From a virus, in the IMG/VR virus record IMGVR_UViG_3300012933_000221, positions 7,911-71,910 of that record: DNA of 64,000 nucleotides. One strand, given 5' to 3'. Below are positions 29,619-39,038 of the stretch, in pieces. The notes beneath the pieces are model-generated. The model was not told where the DNA came from. It saw nothing but the letters and a program-made list of their open reading frames with translations, and searched no databases. A program made the translations under genes and the position numbers. Position 1 is the stretch's first letter, and each line of letters opens with the position of its first letter.

Positions 29619-30291
29619 TGTTTGGGACACGCTGATCGGAATTCAGCATCTTTTAGAAAGTAAATTTGATGAAACAGGAACAGAAGTCTTTGAGCCGGGT
29701 ATGGATCGCTTTAATAGCCCTGGTTGGGTTAATCGTGTTTGGTCCAGTGACAGTTATCGTAGGGCTCACGTTGATGTTGTGGATGCTAGGGAGACCAAAG
29801 GCCTCTGGATGATGCATTGTTGTATCTTCCCGCATATACACAATCCAGCCCCAATCTTTGGGTTTGATGTTATTGCAGGTAAGAACAAGATCACCGGTTG
29901 CTTCTACGACTTTAGTGCCGCAGGTGATCCTGAGCATCCTATGATGGACTGGTTTGCTGATGAAGCACAGAAGCTTGAGTGGGTTAAGACTCGCAAACTA
30001 CCTGACTGGGCAGAGCGTATCTTTAGTTCAAACATGGTAGCAGCGGCTAACGTAAGCGACGAGTCTGAACTAGAACAGATTACACAGATGGCCAAGCGTG
30101 GAATTTCGCATTATCTTGCCAGTGTAGGCGAAACTAATAATACTGCTAATAACACCACACTAGCACAGAACTACTACTGTGAAAATCAAAAGCAAAACCC
30201 GCATACACCGCGTGTAATGGTTAGTTTGGGGCTAAGTGAAGAGGATGTTGCAGTCTTCATTCAGGAATGTTTGTTCCCGGAAATACGATAA
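29605..30291 (+). CDS. Ferredoxin-dependent bilin reductase (PcyA/PebS/PcyX family)
   Basis: WMMHCCIFPH and GFDVIAG regions are typical of FDBRs. The gene immediately follows the heme oxygenase and overlaps it. Confidence 0.6.
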   Translation: MMKSNVWDTLIGIQHLLESKFDETGTEVFEPGMDRFNSPGWVNRVWSSDSYRRAHVDVVDARETKGLWMMHCCIFPHIHNPAPIFGFDVIAGKNKITGCFYDFSAAGDPEHPMMDWFADEAQKLEWVKTRKLPDWAERIFSSNMVAAANVSDESELEQITQMAKRGISHYLASVGETNNTANNTTLAQNYYCENQKQNPHTPRVMVSLGLSEEDVAVFIQECLFPEIR

Positions 30292-30301
30292 ATACTCTAC
30301 T

Positions 30302-32161
30302 ATGAGATTTACTGAATTTAAAACCACTTTACTAGAATCTGCAATAAACAGAGAGTTATCTACATCTACAATGATGTACGATTTACGCACTATTGCTAAC
30401 CTTTCTTCGCAAATTGACCCAGCAGAAGAAAAAGTATTAGACAACGTTCTAAATACATTACTTTCATCTGAAGCAAAGGTAACTAAAGATCTAGCTAGAC
30501 TTGGAATTGAATTACCAGCTACTGATATTGCTCCAGAAGAACCAGTAGCAGAACCTGCACCAGTAGCCGAGCCGGTAGCAGAGCCTGTTGCAGCACCAGT
30601 AGCAGCACCAGTTGACGAACCTGCTCCTGTAGAGCCGACTGAAACAGAGCCTGAGCCGACAGAGCCAGTAGAAGACGAAGCAGAACAATTAGCAGAAGCT
30701 AAAGCAGAAGCTGTTCCTACTGCATCTGAAATTCAAGCTACAGCCGAACGTATTATGGGACACATTCAATTCTTGTTAGGACTGCCGATCTCTAAGGCAT
30801 TTCCACATAACAAGAAGATGGAAATGGTACACGACTTTGAACTGTCAATTAAACATTCGAAGGCGCTTATCAAGCAAGTAAAGAGCTTAACAGGTAAACT
30901 TAAACTATCTGAAGCTGAAAAAGAAATTGCAAAATCGTTCCTACGTGAAGTTAACGGTTTACTAGAAAAGTTAGGTGACAAGGTACAGAACTACAATGAA
31001 ACCTCTGCTGAACACAAAGCAGCAATTGGTTCAAAAGAACGTAGTCAGCTAGTTAAAAAAGAATTCAATGCTAAAGCGTTTACTAACAACCTAAAGCATT
31101 TTATGTTTGGATTGATTATTGACATTACGTTGAAGCCAGAGATACACCAAACTAACGAAGACGAAATCAAAGCTTTCTTAGAAGCATGTGTAGCAGGTAA
31201 TGTAATTGACATGATTACCTTGATCTCAGAATCAAACGGCAACGTAGAAGAACACGTAAACGAAGAGTTTATGAAGTTGTTTACTATCTTCAAGACACAG
31301 AAGATTTTCTCTTACAACCCGGGTAAAACATCGGGTGCTATCGGACCAGGTGAAATGGCATTATCAATGATGGGTAGCCCAGTACGTAAGGCTGAACAAC
31401 GTGGTGACTTGATTGTGGGTGATAAAGAAATCGAAGTTAAAGCAGGATCTTCATCAGGTGGTCGCTTAAACAGTAAGAAAATTACCAAGCCTGGCGCTGC
31501 ATGGAAAGAAGCATGGACTCCGGGTATTGAAAAGATTCTAAAATCTATTCCTCAGGGCACACCTGTTAGAATGAAAGATCCAGAGACTGGGCAAGTTGTA
31601 GGTGTTCCAAAAGAGCAGTTTACTCCTAACGTAAAGAACTACAAAAAAGCTGAAGACGGTAGTAAGACAGGCGCAGCTAAAGTCGGCGCACGTTATAACT
31701 TTAACCAGCAAGGTCTTAATGCGCTAAACGATGATTTGCTTACACCGTTTAGTACAAGAGCACTGACTACTGAATTGTTCTGGAATACATTTAACAAGAT
31801 CATCCTTAACTTAGAAGAAGTTGAAGAAAGCCTTGGTCAAACCGCAGCTGAAATGATTGATGCTGCTATCCCAGCAGAAGGCGGACGTGATGGCGGCATT
31901 GACGTTGATGCACTTATCGCAGCCTATACTAAACTAGCATACGAAAGTTATCACTTAGCAGACGGCATTACTACTATTATGTACTTGAATACAGAATCGT
32001 TAGACTATGCGCTAATTGAAAACGGCGACGATCTAGTTAGTCGTATTGGACAGGACATTAAGATCACCGGTGGATTTAACTTCAACGACGATCAGCAAAC
32101 TCCAACACCAGCTTACCTTGTTATGACACAAGCACAAGCAGCAAAAGCAGCAAACGGTTAA
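30302..32161 (+). CDS. Large hypothetical protein with a Pro/Ala/Glu-rich linker
   Basis: Product of 619 aa with a (PVAEP)n linker. An ATAAATAC motif lies upstream. Confidence 0.5.
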   Translation: MRFTEFKTTLLESAINRELSTSTMMYDLRTIANLSSQIDPAEEKVLDNVLNTLLSSEAKVTKDLARLGIELPATDIAPEEPVAEPAPVAEPVAEPVAAPVAAPVDEPAPVEPTETEPEPTEPVEDEAEQLAEAKAEAVPTASEIQATAERIMGHIQFLLGLPISKAFPHNKKMEMVHDFELSIKHSKALIKQVKSLTGKLKLSEAEKEIAKSFLREVNGLLEKLGDKVQNYNETSAEHKAAIGSKERSQLVKKEFNAKAFTNNLKHFMFGLIIDITLKPEIHQTNEDEIKAFLEACVAGNVIDMITLISESNGNVEEHVNEEFMKLFTIFKTQKIFSYNPGKTSGAIGPGEMALSMMGSPVRKAEQRGDLIVGDKEIEVKAGSSSGGRLNSKKITKPGAAWKEAWTPGIEKILKSIPQGTPVRMKDPETGQVVGVPKEQFTPNVKNYKKAEDGSKTGAAKVGARYNFNQQGLNALNDDLLTPFSTRALTTELFWNTFNKIILNLEEVEESLGQTAAEMIDAAIPAEGGRDGGIDVDALIAAYTKLAYESYHLADGITTIMYLNTESLDYALIENGDDLVSRIGQDIKITGGFNFNDDQQTPTPAYLVMTQAQAAKAANG

Positions 32162-32187
32162 CAGACTAGTTAATTTAACTCGCTTTC

Positions 32188-32218
32188 GGTAAATACAATG
32201 TAAATTACCGGGAGCGAA
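32188..32218 (+). promoter_or_regulatory. Repeated element GGTAAATACAATGTAAATTACCGGGAGCGAA (copy 1)
   Basis: Near-identical to the copy at 36158..36187. It contains a late-type TAAATA motif and CCGGGAGCGAA. Confidence 0.45.
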
Positions 32219-32287
32219 TCCGTTAAATTTTACACTAGTTTAATCTAGAGCAATTAAACTGCTCATTTAATTCAGCCCGACTATACC

Positions 32288-32320
32288 GTAAATACAATAC
32301 GGATACTAACCGGGAGCGAA
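32288..32320 (+). promoter_or_regulatory. Repeated element, copy 2 (CGTAAATACAAT...CCGGGAGCGAA)
   Basis: Ends 3 nt before the 32324 ATG. Confidence 0.45.
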
Positions 32321-32323
32321 TAC

Positions 32324-32794
32324 ATGAAAAAATTAATTATAGCCTCTATCGTGACGGCGTTTGTAACAACGAACGCCTTCGCCGTGGACCCTATTGTCAC
32401 CGATTCAACAGCAAGAAGTACAACAGAGTCAACCTCTACTACTACCGTTAAATCTCCACCACCAACGGCAGTAGCACCAGCCATTACAGTTATTAATAGT
32501 GACGTTTGTGCAGTTGCCGCATCTGGTGCGGTGCAGACACAAATTCTCGGTATTAGTATGGGCGGTACTATGACAGACTATAACTGCGAGCGAATTAAGT
32601 TAGCTCGTGGTGTATATGACATGGGCATGAAAGTTGCCGCTGTTGCAATTATGTGTCAAGACGAGCGTGTGTTCTCAGCAATGATGAACGCAGGTACACC
32701 TTGTCCAGTTGATGGTAAAATTGGCGAACAGGCAAAAGCAATCTGGGATCAAGAACCAGAACGTAAGCCACAAAAAGTTAAGAGTAAAAACTAA
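32324..32794 (+). CDS. Secreted hypothetical protein
   Basis: Signal peptide MKKLIIASIVTAFVTTNAFA. Product is 156 aa. Confidence 0.5.
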   Translation: MKKLIIASIVTAFVTTNAFAVDPIVTDSTARSTTESTSTTTVKSPPPTAVAPAITVINSDVCAVAASGAVQTQILGISMGGTMTDYNCERIKLARGVYDMGMKVAAVAIMCQDERVFSAMMNAGTPCPVDGKIGEQAKAIWDQEPERKPQKVKSKN

Positions 32795-35358
32795 TGAAGA
32801 AATTCCTAGCAATTTTATTGTTAGGGTTATCTAGTTTAGTTACTGCTCAAACAGTACAGACAACACCTAACTTGATTAAATCAGGTACTAATCACACCTG
32901 GTACGGCGTTACTACGGGTACATTACCTGGCGGGTGTTCCGCAGGCGGGTCTGGTGCTCCGTGTAGTGGCGGCCCGGCACCCATATATGACCCTGCTACA
33001 AACACCGTTAGTTTCAGTTACAATTCTAACGCAAGTGTAGGACAAACGTATGCAGTTAATCAAGCGTTAGCTAGTGTCGGCGCAGGTGTTAAAGTTAACG
33101 GTTACACTTATAGTTACGATGTTCGTAATATGAACGGTGACGATAGACAGCCGGGCATTGATACTTTTACCGTTTCACAACTTTTAAGAGGCCCTCAGAA
33201 CTCAGTACTGTTATCAAGTAATCAATTCTACAATACCAAGTTTGAGTGGAAGACAGTTACTGGAAATAAGGTAGCAACTACACCGTACAACATAGCTGAT
33301 ACTAGTTACATACAATTTGGTATATCAGGCGGCGACAACGGCTATTGGGGAGGTTACTTTGGTCCTCAGGTTCGAAACGTCAGTATGAGTCTAAACTACA
33401 GTGTCGACCCGTGTGCTACTAATCCTGCGTATAGTCCGACATGTGCAAATTATAATACTGTAGCGATCAGTGAGAACTTACTGCCTGGAATTACAGGTCC
33501 ACAAGCATACGCAATCAATCAAGCCCTAGCAGCAGCAGGTGCAGGTGCCACTATACACGGATTTAATTATGGTTACAACTATAATGCAGACGGACGTACC
33601 TGTGCAGTATGGGACTTGTTTGGTTTATGTATCACAGGATTTAACTATTCTAGTGCAGGTGTTGATACTAGTATAACGAATAGTGCAGGCACAACTGTTT
33701 ACAATGAAAGCAATACACACAATGGCGGCAATAATGGAGTGAGCGGAACATTCGCTAAGGAGTATAGATTTTCAAGTTCAGTACCAATAGCAACATTAGG
33801 TACATTTAGTATGACTCCTTGGACTCAAGGTAGTGCTAGCATTACAAACATGTACAGTAAAGCTGTCTACACAGCAGACCCTTGCTTAGACCCGTTTTTT
33901 AGTACAAGTTGTCCAGGATATCAACAAGCATTCATGACTCAACAATGTACTGCTAATCCTTTATATAACTCTGCTTGTCCGGGCTATGCACAGGCATTGT
34001 TTACACAACAGTGTAACGCTAATCAGTTGAGTAATCCTAGTTGCACAGGGTATGCTGCTGCGTACCTAGTTCAGCAATGCACAATTAATCCTTTGTACAG
34101 TACTACCTGCTCCGGATACGAAACAGCTTACTTTAATCAACAATGTACTGCTGATCCGTTATATAACAGTAGATGCACTGGATACGCTACAGCATATCAC
34201 GATCAACAATGTAGTATTAATCCTTTATATGCAACAGACTGTACCGGGTACGGTGCTGCTTACTTAACACAACAATGTAACGCTAATCCGTTGTATAGTA
34301 CACAATGCAGCGGTTATGCAGCGGCATATAAAACACAACAATGTACAGCAAACCCATTGTATGCAACAGACTGCCCAGGGTATGCAGTTGCTTACAAGAA
34401 TCAACAGTGTGCCGCAAGCGCACTATATGCATCTGATTGTCCAGGATACGATGTTGCATACAAGGCTCAACAATGTTCTGCAAACCCATTGTATGCAACA
34501 GACTGCCCTGGATATGCCGCTGCGTATAAAAATCAGCAGTGTAGTTTAAATGCATTATATGCAACAGACTGTGCTGGATATCAACAAGCATACTTTAGTC
34601 AACAATGTACATTAAACGGATTGTACGATAGAACATGTCCTAACTACTCAGAAGCGTATGCTAAAAAGATGTTGCTTGAGCAACAAGGTCTTGCTTCTAC
34701 TATAGCTACTGCCGGAGTTATTGCTCAGACAGCGCCCACAGTTGCTACTGTTAGTTCAGAAGGTACAGTGTCAGCTACTCCTTCGTCTACAGGTAATGCT
34801 ACAGTAGATAAGGCAATCACTAATACAACTACAACAGCTAATAGTGCAGCGTCCCCTGCTGCTCCAGTTCAGTTAGCACCACCACCTGCACCAATGGCTC
34901 CTACTGCTCCACAGGAAAGAAAGCCAGAAGGTAAACCCGATGGCGGCAGTCCAGCACCACAAATGGCACAAGGTGGACCTGGTGGTGATAAGCCGGCAGC
35001 ACCAACAGCACGTCAAGCACTAGCGGAACGTAGAGCCGATGCAGCAAGAAAAGAAGCAGTGGCTAAAGGATCAAATTTAGCTAATGAAATGGGCAAAGCA
35101 GCAGACATGGAGGCACAAAAGGCAATCCAGAATGTTGTTATTGCAGCAATGGGGTTTACGCCTGGATTTGATACGTATAACAAAAGTACAATTCCAGACG
35201 CAAATATCTTCTATAAGCCGTTTACGGTTTACGGAGGCCAATTAAACGTTGATAATAAAAATATAAACAGACGTTTAATGGGAGGGAGTGATATTACTCA
35301 TCAGATGATGATAGAATCACAGTTTACAAAAGGAAACTATTATGACACAAGAAAATAA
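32794..35358 (+). CDS. Secreted 854-aa protein with about 12 tandem 21-aa Cys-containing repeats
   Basis: Signal peptide MKKFLAILLLGLSSLVTAQT. Repeats are QQCxxNPLYxxxCxGYxxAYxx. The C-terminus is Ala/Pro-rich. Confidence 0.6.
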   Translation: MKKFLAILLLGLSSLVTAQTVQTTPNLIKSGTNHTWYGVTTGTLPGGCSAGGSGAPCSGGPAPIYDPATNTVSFSYNSNASVGQTYAVNQALASVGAGVKVNGYTYSYDVRNMNGDDRQPGIDTFTVSQLLRGPQNSVLLSSNQFYNTKFEWKTVTGNKVATTPYNIADTSYIQFGISGGDNGYWGGYFGPQVRNVSMSLNYSVDPCATNPAYSPTCANYNTVAISENLLPGITGPQAYAINQALAAAGAGATIHGFNYGYNYNADGRTCAVWDLFGLCITGFNYSSAGVDTSITNSAGTTVYNESNTHNGGNNGVSGTFAKEYRFSSSVPIATLGTFSMTPWTQGSASITNMYSKAVYTADPCLDPFFSTSCPGYQQAFMTQQCTANPLYNSACPGYAQALFTQQCNANQLSNPSCTGYAAAYLVQQCTINPLYSTTCSGYETAYFNQQCTADPLYNSRCTGYATAYHDQQCSINPLYATDCTGYGAAYLTQQCNANPLYSTQCSGYAAAYKTQQCTANPLYATDCPGYAVAYKNQQCAASALYASDCPGYDVAYKAQQCSANPLYATDCPGYAAAYKNQQCSLNALYATDCAGYQQAYFSQQCTLNGLYDRTCPNYSEAYAKKMLLEQQGLASTIATAGVIAQTAPTVATVSSEGTVSATPSSTGNATVDKAITNTTTTANSAASPAAPVQLAPPPAPMAPTAPQERKPEGKPDGGSPAPQMAQGGPGGDKPAAPTARQALAERRADAARKEAVAKGSNLANEMGKAADMEAQKAIQNVVIAAMGFTPGFDTYNKSTIPDANIFYKPFTVYGGQLNVDNKNINRRLMGGSDITHQMMIESQFTKGNYYDTRK
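33877..34668 (+). repeat. Tandem 63-bp (21-aa) repeats, about 12.5 copies, inside the CDS
   Basis: Periodic QQC...NPLY...C.GY..AY units. Spurious ORFs appear on both strands inside them. Confidence 0.7.
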
Positions 35359-36166
35359 ACCGGAAGACGACGAGTTAGACGACGTTGAGGGAAATGAAGA
35401 CGAAAATGTCGAAGAAAACGAAGAAGACATCGAGGATGACGAGCAACAAGACGAAGAGCAACAGGACGAAGAGAACGAGTCTAGCTCAAGTACATTAGCA
35501 GGCTTAGCCGGCGCTGCTGCTGCAAGTGCTCTAGCTAAGAAAAGTTCTAAGAAGCCAGTCAAAGGTAAAGCAGTTGCAAAGCCTAAGAAAGGCGCAAAGC
35601 CTGCTGCTAAACCTACGGCTAAACCTGCTGCTGCACCTTCTATTTCCAAGGACGGTTCAGTTGATGTAAATGCAAAGATTGACGAGATACAAAAACTTAC
35701 TGATAAAAACACAGTATGGACAGTAGCTGGCTACAGCTTTACTCCAGCAAAGCTAATGATCCTTGGTACAATCTTATCAACTGCATTAGGCGGATTGTAC
35801 GGGTCATTTGAAGTCTACAAAGACTATCAAGATATGAAGGGTAAAATCTCTAAGTACATTGCTCCTGACTTGTCTGAATTGTATAAGAAAATGGAACTTG
35901 CACAGCAAAACTCTGAGAAATCTGTACAGTACACGCAGGACATTAAAAATGACTTAAAGAGCGATATCCGTCGTTTAGAAAGCACAGTTGAACAAGTTGA
36001 ACGTGGTACGAAACAAAGTCAACGTGAAACAGATATTTCTGTAAAAGAAGTGCAATCTGAACTACGACAAACACGAAAAGAGCTTGATGTTGCAATTAAA
36101 GACATTAATTCTAGTGTAGATAAGAAGATTCAACGAGCACTAGATAATCCATTAGCCGGTAAATAA
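35342..36166 (+). CDS. Hypothetical protein: poly-acidic N-terminus, Lys/Ala-rich middle, coiled-coil C-terminus
   Basis: Product of 274 aa with an EDDELDDVEGNEDENVEENEED tract and a KPAAKP repeat. Confidence 0.5.
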   Translation: MTQENKPEDDELDDVEGNEDENVEENEEDIEDDEQQDEEQQDEENESSSSTLAGLAGAAAASALAKKSSKKPVKGKAVAKPKKGAKPAAKPTAKPAAAPSISKDGSVDVNAKIDEIQKLTDKNTVWTVAGYSFTPAKLMILGTILSTALGGLYGSFEVYKDYQDMKGKISKYIAPDLSELYKKMELAQQNSEKSVQYTQDIKNDLKSDIRRLESTVEQVERGTKQSQRETDISVKEVQSELRQTRKELDVAIKDINSSVDKKIQRALDNPLAGK

Positions 36167-36187
36167 TGTAGTAAATCCGGGAGCGAA
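36158..36187 (+). promoter_or_regulatory. Repeated element, copy 3 (GGTAAATAATGTAGTAAATCCGGGAGCGAA)
   Basis: Ends 2 nt before the 36190 ATG. Confidence 0.45.
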
Positions 36188-36189
36188 CC

Positions 36190-36972
36190 ATGGATCCATT
36201 AACCCTCTTTGCCTTAGCCAACGGAGCAGTCTCCGCGGTTAAGGCTGGGTGTAAACTCTATAAGGACATTAAAGGCGCCGCAGGCGAAGTTAAAGATGTC
36301 CTTAAAGATATGGACGAACAGTTTAAGAAACTGCATCCCCCAGAAAAGCCTGCTAGCAACGAAGCTAAGAAACAGTTCATTGAAGAAAAAGAGCGTGTTA
36401 AAGAGCTTAATCGAAAAGCTAATGATGGTTCAGAGCTGGGCATTTATCAAGAAATTGGTGAAAAGCTAGGTGAGTATTACGACAACTTCTACAAGTGCAT
36501 GGCTATCATGGAAGCTGAAGAAGACCGTGCTGAACACGAAGTTTACGAAGGCGATGCTAGCTTAGGGAAACGTGCCCTACAGCGTGTGCTAATGCGTAAA
36601 CAGTTAGAGCAGATGAGCAAAGATCTGCGTGAACTAATGGTATATCAAAGCCCACCTGAACTAGGTGCGTTATACACTGAAGTAGAAGCCATGATGAAGC
36701 ACATGGGTGCTACTCAGCGTACACTTATCCAGCAAAAGATGATGTCTGATCGTGCTAATCGTGCTCGTAGGAAAAAACGTATGGAACACTTACGTACTGA
36801 AATAGCTTTAGGCATTAGTGGTTTACTTGTGGCAGCATTTATTGGATGTACGATGGTATATGTAATACAGGATAGAATTGCCAAGTATCCGCATTTAGGT
36901 ACAGGAGTGATACCTAAGACTGAAGAGCAGCGACGATTGGACGCTGCACCAAAAACATGGACGGGTAGATAA
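36190..36972 (+). CDS. Hypothetical protein with a C-terminal TM helix
   Basis: Product of 260 aa with a hydrophobic segment near the C-terminus. Confidence 0.5.
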   Translation: MDPLTLFALANGAVSAVKAGCKLYKDIKGAAGEVKDVLKDMDEQFKKLHPPEKPASNEAKKQFIEEKERVKELNRKANDGSELGIYQEIGEKLGEYYDNFYKCMAIMEAEEDRAEHEVYEGDASLGKRALQRVLMRKQLEQMSKDLRELMVYQSPPELGALYTEVEAMMKHMGATQRTLIQQKMMSDRANRARRKKRMEHLRTEIALGISGLLVAAFIGCTMVYVIQDRIAKYPHLGTGVIPKTEEQRRLDAAPKTWTGR

Positions 36973-37112
36973 TGAAGACACCGTGGAGTGGATTATTGCA
37001 ATACGGAACTGCGATAGCAGCGATTGTGGTAATCTCTATCGCCGGATTACTATTAATGACAGTAGTAGGTGCAGCAATAGTAGTGTCCAAATTGTTAGTG
37101 ATTATTCGTTAA
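36972..37112 (+). CDS. Small TM peptide (46 aa)
   Basis: The ATG overlaps the upstream stop (TAATG). The product is strongly hydrophobic. Confidence 0.3.
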   Translation: MKTPWSGLLQYGTAIAAIVVISIAGLLLMTVVGAAIVVSKLLVIIR

Positions 37113-37196
37113 ATAAACATGACTGAAACAAAGGCCATCCGTGAAAGAATACCAAACACTATTTACAAACCACCTAGCAAGTTGTACAATAGATAA

Positions 37197-37925
37197 ATGC
37201 GTAGAATACTATCTGCTTTGGCACTTTTTGCCATTCTTTATAATTGCCAAGCAGCCGCTGCCAAAACTCTGCCCATAACTGCAACTACCTGGCTAGTTGC
37301 TGACGAACACGGCAAAATTTTACAAAGTGAGAACATAGAGCAAGTGCGGCCAATTGCCAGCATTAGTAAACTAATGACTGCTATGGTTGTACTCGATGCT
37401 AAACAAGATCTCAACGAGCAGATTGGCCCATATACTAGACACGAGTTAATACAACTAGCATTGGTTAAAAGCGATAATAAAGCAGCTCAAGACTTATGTA
37501 CTTACTATGAAGGCGGCAAAGAAAAGTGTGTCACCGCAATGAATTTAAAAGCCAAGCTATTAGGTTTGCCTAATACTAAATTTATCGAGCCCACCGGACT
37601 AAGTGTATTCAATGTTAGCACTGCAAGAGAATTAATTGTGCTAGTTCAAGAAGCACAAAAGTATGAACAAATTACCAATGCCAGTAAGAGTTCACAAGTA
37701 AAGATTAAACTGAAAAAGAAGTGGTTAATCTTTAATAACACAAATCCAATTATTGGTAAGACTCATAGTGTCATTGTCAGTAAGACAGGATTTATCAATG
37801 CCTCGGGCGGCTGCATTGTTATGATGTTAGATACAGAAGTTGGCAGACGAATAGTAGTTGTACTTGGCAGCAAGAATACTCGCACACGTATTCCCGAAGC
37901 AGAGTTTATTGCCTCGAAGAATTAA
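37197..37925 (+). CDS. pbpG: D-alanyl-D-alanine endopeptidase/carboxypeptidase (PBP7/PbpG-like)
   Basis: Signal peptide, SxxK (ASISKLMTAMVVLDA), SDN and KTG motifs. Long collinear similarity to enterobacterial PbpG. Confidence 0.75.
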   Translation: MRRILSALALFAILYNCQAAAAKTLPITATTWLVADEHGKILQSENIEQVRPIASISKLMTAMVVLDAKQDLNEQIGPYTRHELIQLALVKSDNKAAQDLCTYYEGGKEKCVTAMNLKAKLLGLPNTKFIEPTGLSVFNVSTARELIVLVQEAQKYEQITNASKSSQVKIKLKKKWLIFNNTNPIIGKTHSVIVSKTGFINASGGCIVMMLDTEVGRRIVVVLGSKNTRTRIPEAEFIASKN

Positions 37926-38627
37926 TTACCTGATCTTAGCAAGACCTAACATCCTAAAGACTGTTAGATAAAACCATCCAGCATCAAACTCCCACCACTT
38001 GTGACTTAGCTTAGGATTGGCTGGTTCTGCATGATGATTGTTGTGCAACTCTTCTCCGCCAATAATGATGCCCCAGGGTACAATATTTGTACTTTTATCT
38101 TTAGTCGTAGTGTTGCGATAGCCAAACCAATGACCAACTCCGTTTACTACGCCAGCGGCCCAAAAGGGAATCCACAACATTTGGACACCCCACACTAACA
38201 GTCCAATTGGGCCAAGTAACACAAGATTTATAACCAACATTAAGAGAATCCCAATGCGACTATGTGGGGTGTATAGTTTACGCTCGATCCAGTCATCAGG
38301 AGTACCAACTCCGTAGACTTGAATCATGCCAGTATCTTTACTAGCAGTATGATATAGCCCGGCACCTTTGAACAGTACTCGGAAAATGCCGTAGACATGC
38401 GGGCTGTGTGGATCGCCAGGTAAGTCAGTATTTTGGTGATGCTTGCGATGAATTGCAACCCATTGCTTAGTAACCATGCCTGTTGTTAGCCATAGCCAGC
38501 AGCGCATAAAATGACTAAGAATAGGGTGGAATTGAATGCCTCTATGGGCTTGTCCTCTATGAAGAAATAGAGTAACGCAGACGATAGTAATGTGTGTTAC
38601 TACCAGGGTGTATATTAGTGTGTTCAT
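37926..38627 (-). CDS. Membrane fatty-acid desaturase (delta-9 acyl-lipid/CoA desaturase family)
   Basis: His boxes HRGQAH, HRKHH and the GGEELHNNHHAEP motif. Multiple TM helices. Confidence 0.7.
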   Translation of the reverse strand: MNTLIYTLVVTHITIVCVTLFLHRGQAHRGIQFHPILSHFMRCWLWLTTGMVTKQWVAIHRKHHQNTDLPGDPHSPHVYGIFRVLFKGAGLYHTASKDTGMIQVYGVGTPDDWIERKLYTPHSRIGILLMLVINLVLLGPIGLLVWGVQMLWIPFWAAGVVNGVGHWFGYRNTTTKDKSTNIVPWGIIIGGEELHNNHHAEPANPKLSHKWWEFDAGWFYLTVFRMLGLAKIR

Positions 38628-38653
38628 AATATACTTATCGCAACTTTTAACAA

Positions 38654-38953
38654 TTGAATAAAAAGCTGGTTACTTTATCCAGCGCTGACTTTATTATGGC
38701 TCAGCAGTGTAATTACGCCGGCAATTTACGTTTGCTAGACGGACGCCTGCCCGGTGGGCTAACCGTTACGACAACGGCCCTAAGGTGGGTTCTTAAAATC
38801 TTCAATGTATTTAACCATTTAACTTGCAATTCTTTTGTAATTATGTTTAAATACAACATGTACTATTTGTTCTGGTTAATTGTCCTTGCTGTAATAGGCG
38901 GAGCAATCTACTGGCTTATGGATTGGAAGAAACATCACCCGGACGGTGAATAA
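38654..38953 (+). CDS. Hypothetical protein with a C-terminal TM helix
   Basis: Product of 99 aa. Confidence 0.35.
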   Translation: MNKKLVTLSSADFIMAQQCNYAGNLRLLDGRLPGGLTVTTTALRWVLKIFNVFNHLTCNSFVIMFKYNMYYLFWLIVLAVIGGAIYWLMDWKKHHPDGE

Positions 38954-38967
38954 TCAAGGAGTCTATC

Positions 38968-39036
38968 ATGACACGACCTATTGCAAAGAAGCGCCTAAGA
39001 GAAGCAGCAAAACGAGCTACTAAGAAGAGCCGTTAA
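38968..39036 (+). CDS. Small highly basic peptide (22 aa)
   Basis: AAGGAG SD 7 nt upstream. Sequence MTRPIAKKRLREAAKRATKKSR. Confidence 0.3.
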   Translation: MTRPIAKKRLREAAKRATKKSR

Positions 39037-39038
39037 TC

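Noticed and set aside
34283-34591. Minus-strand 102-aa ORF, and + strand 34316..34549, inside the tandem-repeat segment
   Set aside because: Both are low-complexity read-throughs created by the 63-bp repeats inside the long secreted-protein gene, not independent genes.
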